DNA from: Nageia nagi
Lineage: Eukaryota > Plantae > Pinophyta
NCBI GenBank assembly: GCA_050084985.1
Contig: JBITNC010000001.1
Coordinates: forward strand, 142,600,001 to 142,664,000
DNA: 64,000 nucleotides
Direction of reading: 5' to 3'
Position numbers and translations under genes: made by a program. This document shows positions 60,301 to 64,000 of this stretch, piece by piece (within the stretch, counting starts at the first letter, position 1; each line of letters opens with the position of its first letter). The notes beneath the pieces are model-generated. The model was not told the DNA's origin. It did no database searches and was given only the letters and a program-made list of their open reading frames with translations.

Positions 60301-63300
60301 TCAAGCAAAAGCCAAGAAAAATGCACCCTTTGAAGGCATTATTAGTCAAGAAAAAAATTGAAAAATACTTGAATGTTGGATTCATAAATCCTATCTATTA
60401 TTCTAATTGGATGGCTAATATTGTTCCTATTTCTAAACCAACTAGTGAGATCTAGGTATGTACAAATTTTTGTGATATTAATAATGCTTGTCCAAAAGAT
60501 GATTTTCCATTACCAAATATTGATATGATTATGGATAGTATAGCTACTCATGATACGTTATCGATCACGTATGGATTTTTTAGTTATAACCAAATTTTGA
60601 TTAACCCTGCTAATCAACATAAAATAACTTTGACTTCTCCATGGGGTAATTTTTGTTGGAAGGTTATGCCCTTTGGAATTAAAAATACAGGAGCTATATA
60701 TCAAAGAGCAATGGTCACCATGCTTCATGAGCACATTCATAACACTATGGAGGTCTATGTTGATGATATATAGGTCAAATCCAAGCAAGGTCACGATCAT
60801 TTGCAAGCACTTGAAGAGGTATTCAATATTTTGAAAAGGTACAAACTAAGACTAAAACCTCAAAATATGCATTTGGAGTTACTTTTGAAAAATTATTAGT
60901 GTTTCTAATAGAGGAATAGAAGTAGATCCTAAGAAAGTAAAATCCATTATTAGTATGCCTCCACCAAAAAACTTGAAACAATTAAGGAGTCTCCAAGGTA
61001 AAATAAATTTAGTTAGAAGATTCATTTCATAAATTGGAGACAAGTGTATGCCATTCACTCATTTTCTTAAGAAAGATGTCAAATTCGTATGGGATGAAAA
61101 GTACCAAAATGAATTTAAGGATATTAAACTATCATTGCTCAATCCACCAATACTAGTTCCCATGGACTTCTCTAAACATACCAACTTATATATCTCAGCC
61201 ATATTATATGTAAGATCAATGCTTTATCAAATGGATTTAGAAAATAAAGAGAAATTAATCTACTATATTATTAAGATATTATATCAATTATGAGATTAGA
61301 TATACTCCCATGGAAAAATTATGTTATGGCATTGTATTTACTACTAAAAAATTGAGATATTATTTATTATATTGCACTACATTTGTTGTTATTCTTATTA
61401 ACCTATTGAAATATCTAGTGGCCAAATAACATTTGTTAGGTAGGGTAGCAAAATGGTTGATGTTGTTACAAGAGTTTGATATCAATGTGGTAAAGCAAAA
61501 AATCTATCAAAGGTCAAGTGATTACAGATTTGATAGTTGAGTTCCCTCAAGATAGGGAAACAGTAGTCAATGAAGAATTTCTTAACATATTTCAAGAGGA
61601 ACCATACTATCAACAACATGATGACCTATCAGAGCACTACTAATGACATGATTTTGATGAAATCTCCATCCTAGATTAATACATATACCTCATGGAAGAT
61701 GAGCCCACTTTTTGGATGCTATATTTTGACAATTCCAAATGTTCTTATAGAGTAGGGGAAAGTATTATTTGGGTGTCTCCTACAAATGAGATAATCCCTA
61801 TGGCCTACAAACTTAGTTTCAATTGCATAAATAGTATGCTTAAATATGAGGCTATGATATTGGGATTGAAAGCTACTATCACTTTGAAAATTAAAGATAT
61901 AAAAATATATGGAGATTCATAGCTTGTTATCAACCAATTATAGGATATTTTTGATACTAAGGATAAAAATTTGAGGTCATATAAACTTATGGTGAATGAT
62001 TTATTTGACCAGTTTGATAGATGTACTATTCAAAATATTCCAAAAACTAATAACAAGTATGTTGATGCAATGGCAAGTGCTACTTCCCTTGCACCAATTG
62101 AGATTGAAGATGAAGAGACTATCTTGACCATTCATAAGTTAAGTTTTCCTTCTACATTGATAGTATGCATGAAATTCAAACCTATCTTATTATAGAAGAG
62201 AATGATTTTCAAAATTTGTGTTTTGATATCTACAATTATTTGAAACACCAAACAATACATGAAAAGTTTGATAAAAATGAAAGGATAAGATTGAAGAGAA
62301 TTACAATAAAATATATCATCATTGGAGAGGTTTTATATAGGATATCAATTTATGGTACTTTGTTAATATGTTTGACACAATATGAGATAGCTATTGCCTT
62401 AGAAAATGCTCATGATGGTTTATGTGGTGGTCACTTTCATGTAAAAGCACTATACACCAAACTTTTGAGGATTGGTTATTATTGGCCTACTATGGAAGAA
62501 GATTGTAAATCCTATGTAAAACCTTATTTTCCATGCCAAAAATATGCAAATTTAGAAAAATAACCAATATAAGAGTTGCACTCTATCATTTCTCCATGGC
62601 CATTTGCTATATGGGGCATAGATTTGATTAGCATGATTAATCCTCACTCTAGGGAAGGACAAAAGTTTATCATCACAGCTACAAAATTTACCACCAAGTG
62701 GATGGAGACTATCCCAATGAAATTAGTTAAGACAAAATAATTGCATTTCTCACTAAAAACATCATTATAAGGTTTGGGGTACCACAAAGATTGATCATGG
62801 ATAATGGCTCAAATTTGAAAGGTAAAGATATGAAAGCATTTTGTAAAAAGTTTCATATTATGCAAACCTTTTCTTCCATATAATACCCTTAAGTAAATGG
62901 TCAAGCTAAAGCCACAAATAAGAAAATCAAGAACATTCTTGCCAAAATATGGGATAAATACAAGAGAGATTGGCATGACCAATTACCATATGCATTATGG
63001 GCATACAGAGCTAGTGTTCATATAACCATTAGGGTAGCAACATTTTCATTAGTACATAGAGATGAGGCCATTATCCCACTAGAATTGAAAATCCATTCCC
63101 TTAGGATTTTCTTGCAAGGTGATATTTTATATGAAGATGCAAGAAAAGTAAGATTCCAATAGCTAGAATTGTTATATGAGAAAAGGATCAAAGCCATTGA
63201 ATATGAAAAGGTGTACCATGCAAGACTCAAAAGAGCATTTGGTAAGAAGATCAAAGAAAAAGAATTCAAAGTGGGAGATCTAGTGTTAAAAGGGAATATA

Positions 63301-63470
63301 AATAAGATAATAGCAAATGATTAAGTAAAAGGAAAATTTGAACACAATTGGTTGGGCCCATTTATTTTTGTTGAAGAAATAGGTTCAGGTGCATACAAAT
63401 TATCATCCATGGATGGCAAGGAGGAACTAAAGATATTTACTTCCATCCATATTAAACATTTCTATGCCTA
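57390..63470 (+). pseudogene. Tat B gag-pol pseudogene
   Basis: gag PKFEMFSGK*DP; linker YNMIYQLKNISTKISLYDLISTS; PR MVDNGFIVNLC and AIPSTLHGILKF; RT NNACPKDDFPLPNID, VMPFGIKNTGAIYQRAM and EVYVDDI; RH GRVAKWLMLLQEFDI; aRH WMLYFDNS, CINSMLKYEAMILGL and IYGDS; INT AHDGLCGGHF and GYYWPTMEEDC; ends KHFYA*. Confidence 0.95.
59622..59735 (+). other. G-patch domain remnant between protease and RT
   Basis: MIQNCKYKWGGLGTTKQGMPTFP...KQGLGS matches the G-patch pattern M..MGY..G.GLG...QG...P...GLG. Confidence 0.75.
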
Positions 63471-63650
63471 AATACAATAACTTTGTGCCTTGCAAACCAT
63501 TCCACTCATGAGTAGGGCATGCATATTTTTCATTTTCTACAAAATTTTAAGAATACCATAGTGCTACCTACATGTGTTACTATCCACATGATGTTAACGA
63601 TATGAGATTAAAAAAAAAATGGTAGTATGATGTATACAGACCATTTATAT

Positions 63651-64000
63651 AAAATGCACAATCATTGATGGCCAATGACATGACAAGTGAGAGTTCACTC
63701 ACTTAAAAGCAAACTGATGATGCAACTATAAGCAATATGTTTACATTGGCTCATCTCCAATGGATGATACAACTTACTATGTATCCACATGGTTTTTTCT
63801 TTGAACCATACAAAGCATAATATCTTCAGGTCATAGGCATAAAATGTATGATTATCGATGGCCATGGCTAGTGAGATTTCACTCACTTAAAAGATAAACT
63901 AGTGATACAACCATAAGCAAGATGTTGACATTGGCTCATCTCCAATGGATGATACAATTTTCTATGCATCCACATGGTTTTTTCTTTGAACCATACAAAG
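63651..64000 (+). repeat. ~185-bp tandem repeat in the 3' region of Tat B (about 2 units visible, runs off the window)
   Basis: AGTGAGA.TTCACTCACTTAAAAG at 63686 and 63870; TTGGCTCATCTCCAATGGATGATACAA at 63746 and 63931. Confidence 0.92.

Larger units (their letters stand above)
56725..64000 (+). mobile_element. Ty3/Gypsy Tat-clade element B (5' LTR, gag-PR-G-patch-RT-RH-aRH-INT, start of 3' region); continues beyond the window
   Basis: LTR TGTAGATGC...GGGACTACA, then PBS and Tat-type domains with two RNase H regions. Left flank GGTTG is the predicted TSD. Confidence 0.93.

Overview
This is a very AT-rich, CpG-depleted plant nuclear window, most likely from a large gymnosperm-type genome (inferred from TE lineages and degree of decay). 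It consists almost entirely of old, nested, mutationally decayed transposable elements. I found no intact host gene, RNA gene or CRISPR array. From left to right: (A) the 3' half of a Ty3/Gypsy Tat-clade element (aRH-INT, extra 3' ORFs, an antisense and probably spliced Plant Mobile Domain gene, a palindromic array, 3' LTR at 27523-28500). It hosts two Ty1/Copia SIRE-like elements: one full-length at 5069-14439 with TSD CTTGG, and one chimeric, internally deleted copy at 15500-24545. (B) An L1 remnant followed by an unexplained transposon-type ORF. (C) A chromovirus at 31982-~45580 whose chromodomain is split by a 3.75-kb ORF-bearing solo LTR with TSD CTAGG. (D) A 21-bp minisatellite and a Helitron-like 3' end. 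(E) A second chromovirus at ~50000-56724, interrupted in INT by (F) a second Tat element (G-patch, aRH) that runs off the window. All elements whose orientation can be read lie on the + strand. The best novelty candidates are the accessory-gene cassette of Tat element A, the ORF inside the solo LTR, the LINE-associated third ORF and the chimeric SIRE element. All calls come from manual reading and translation; no database searches were run.
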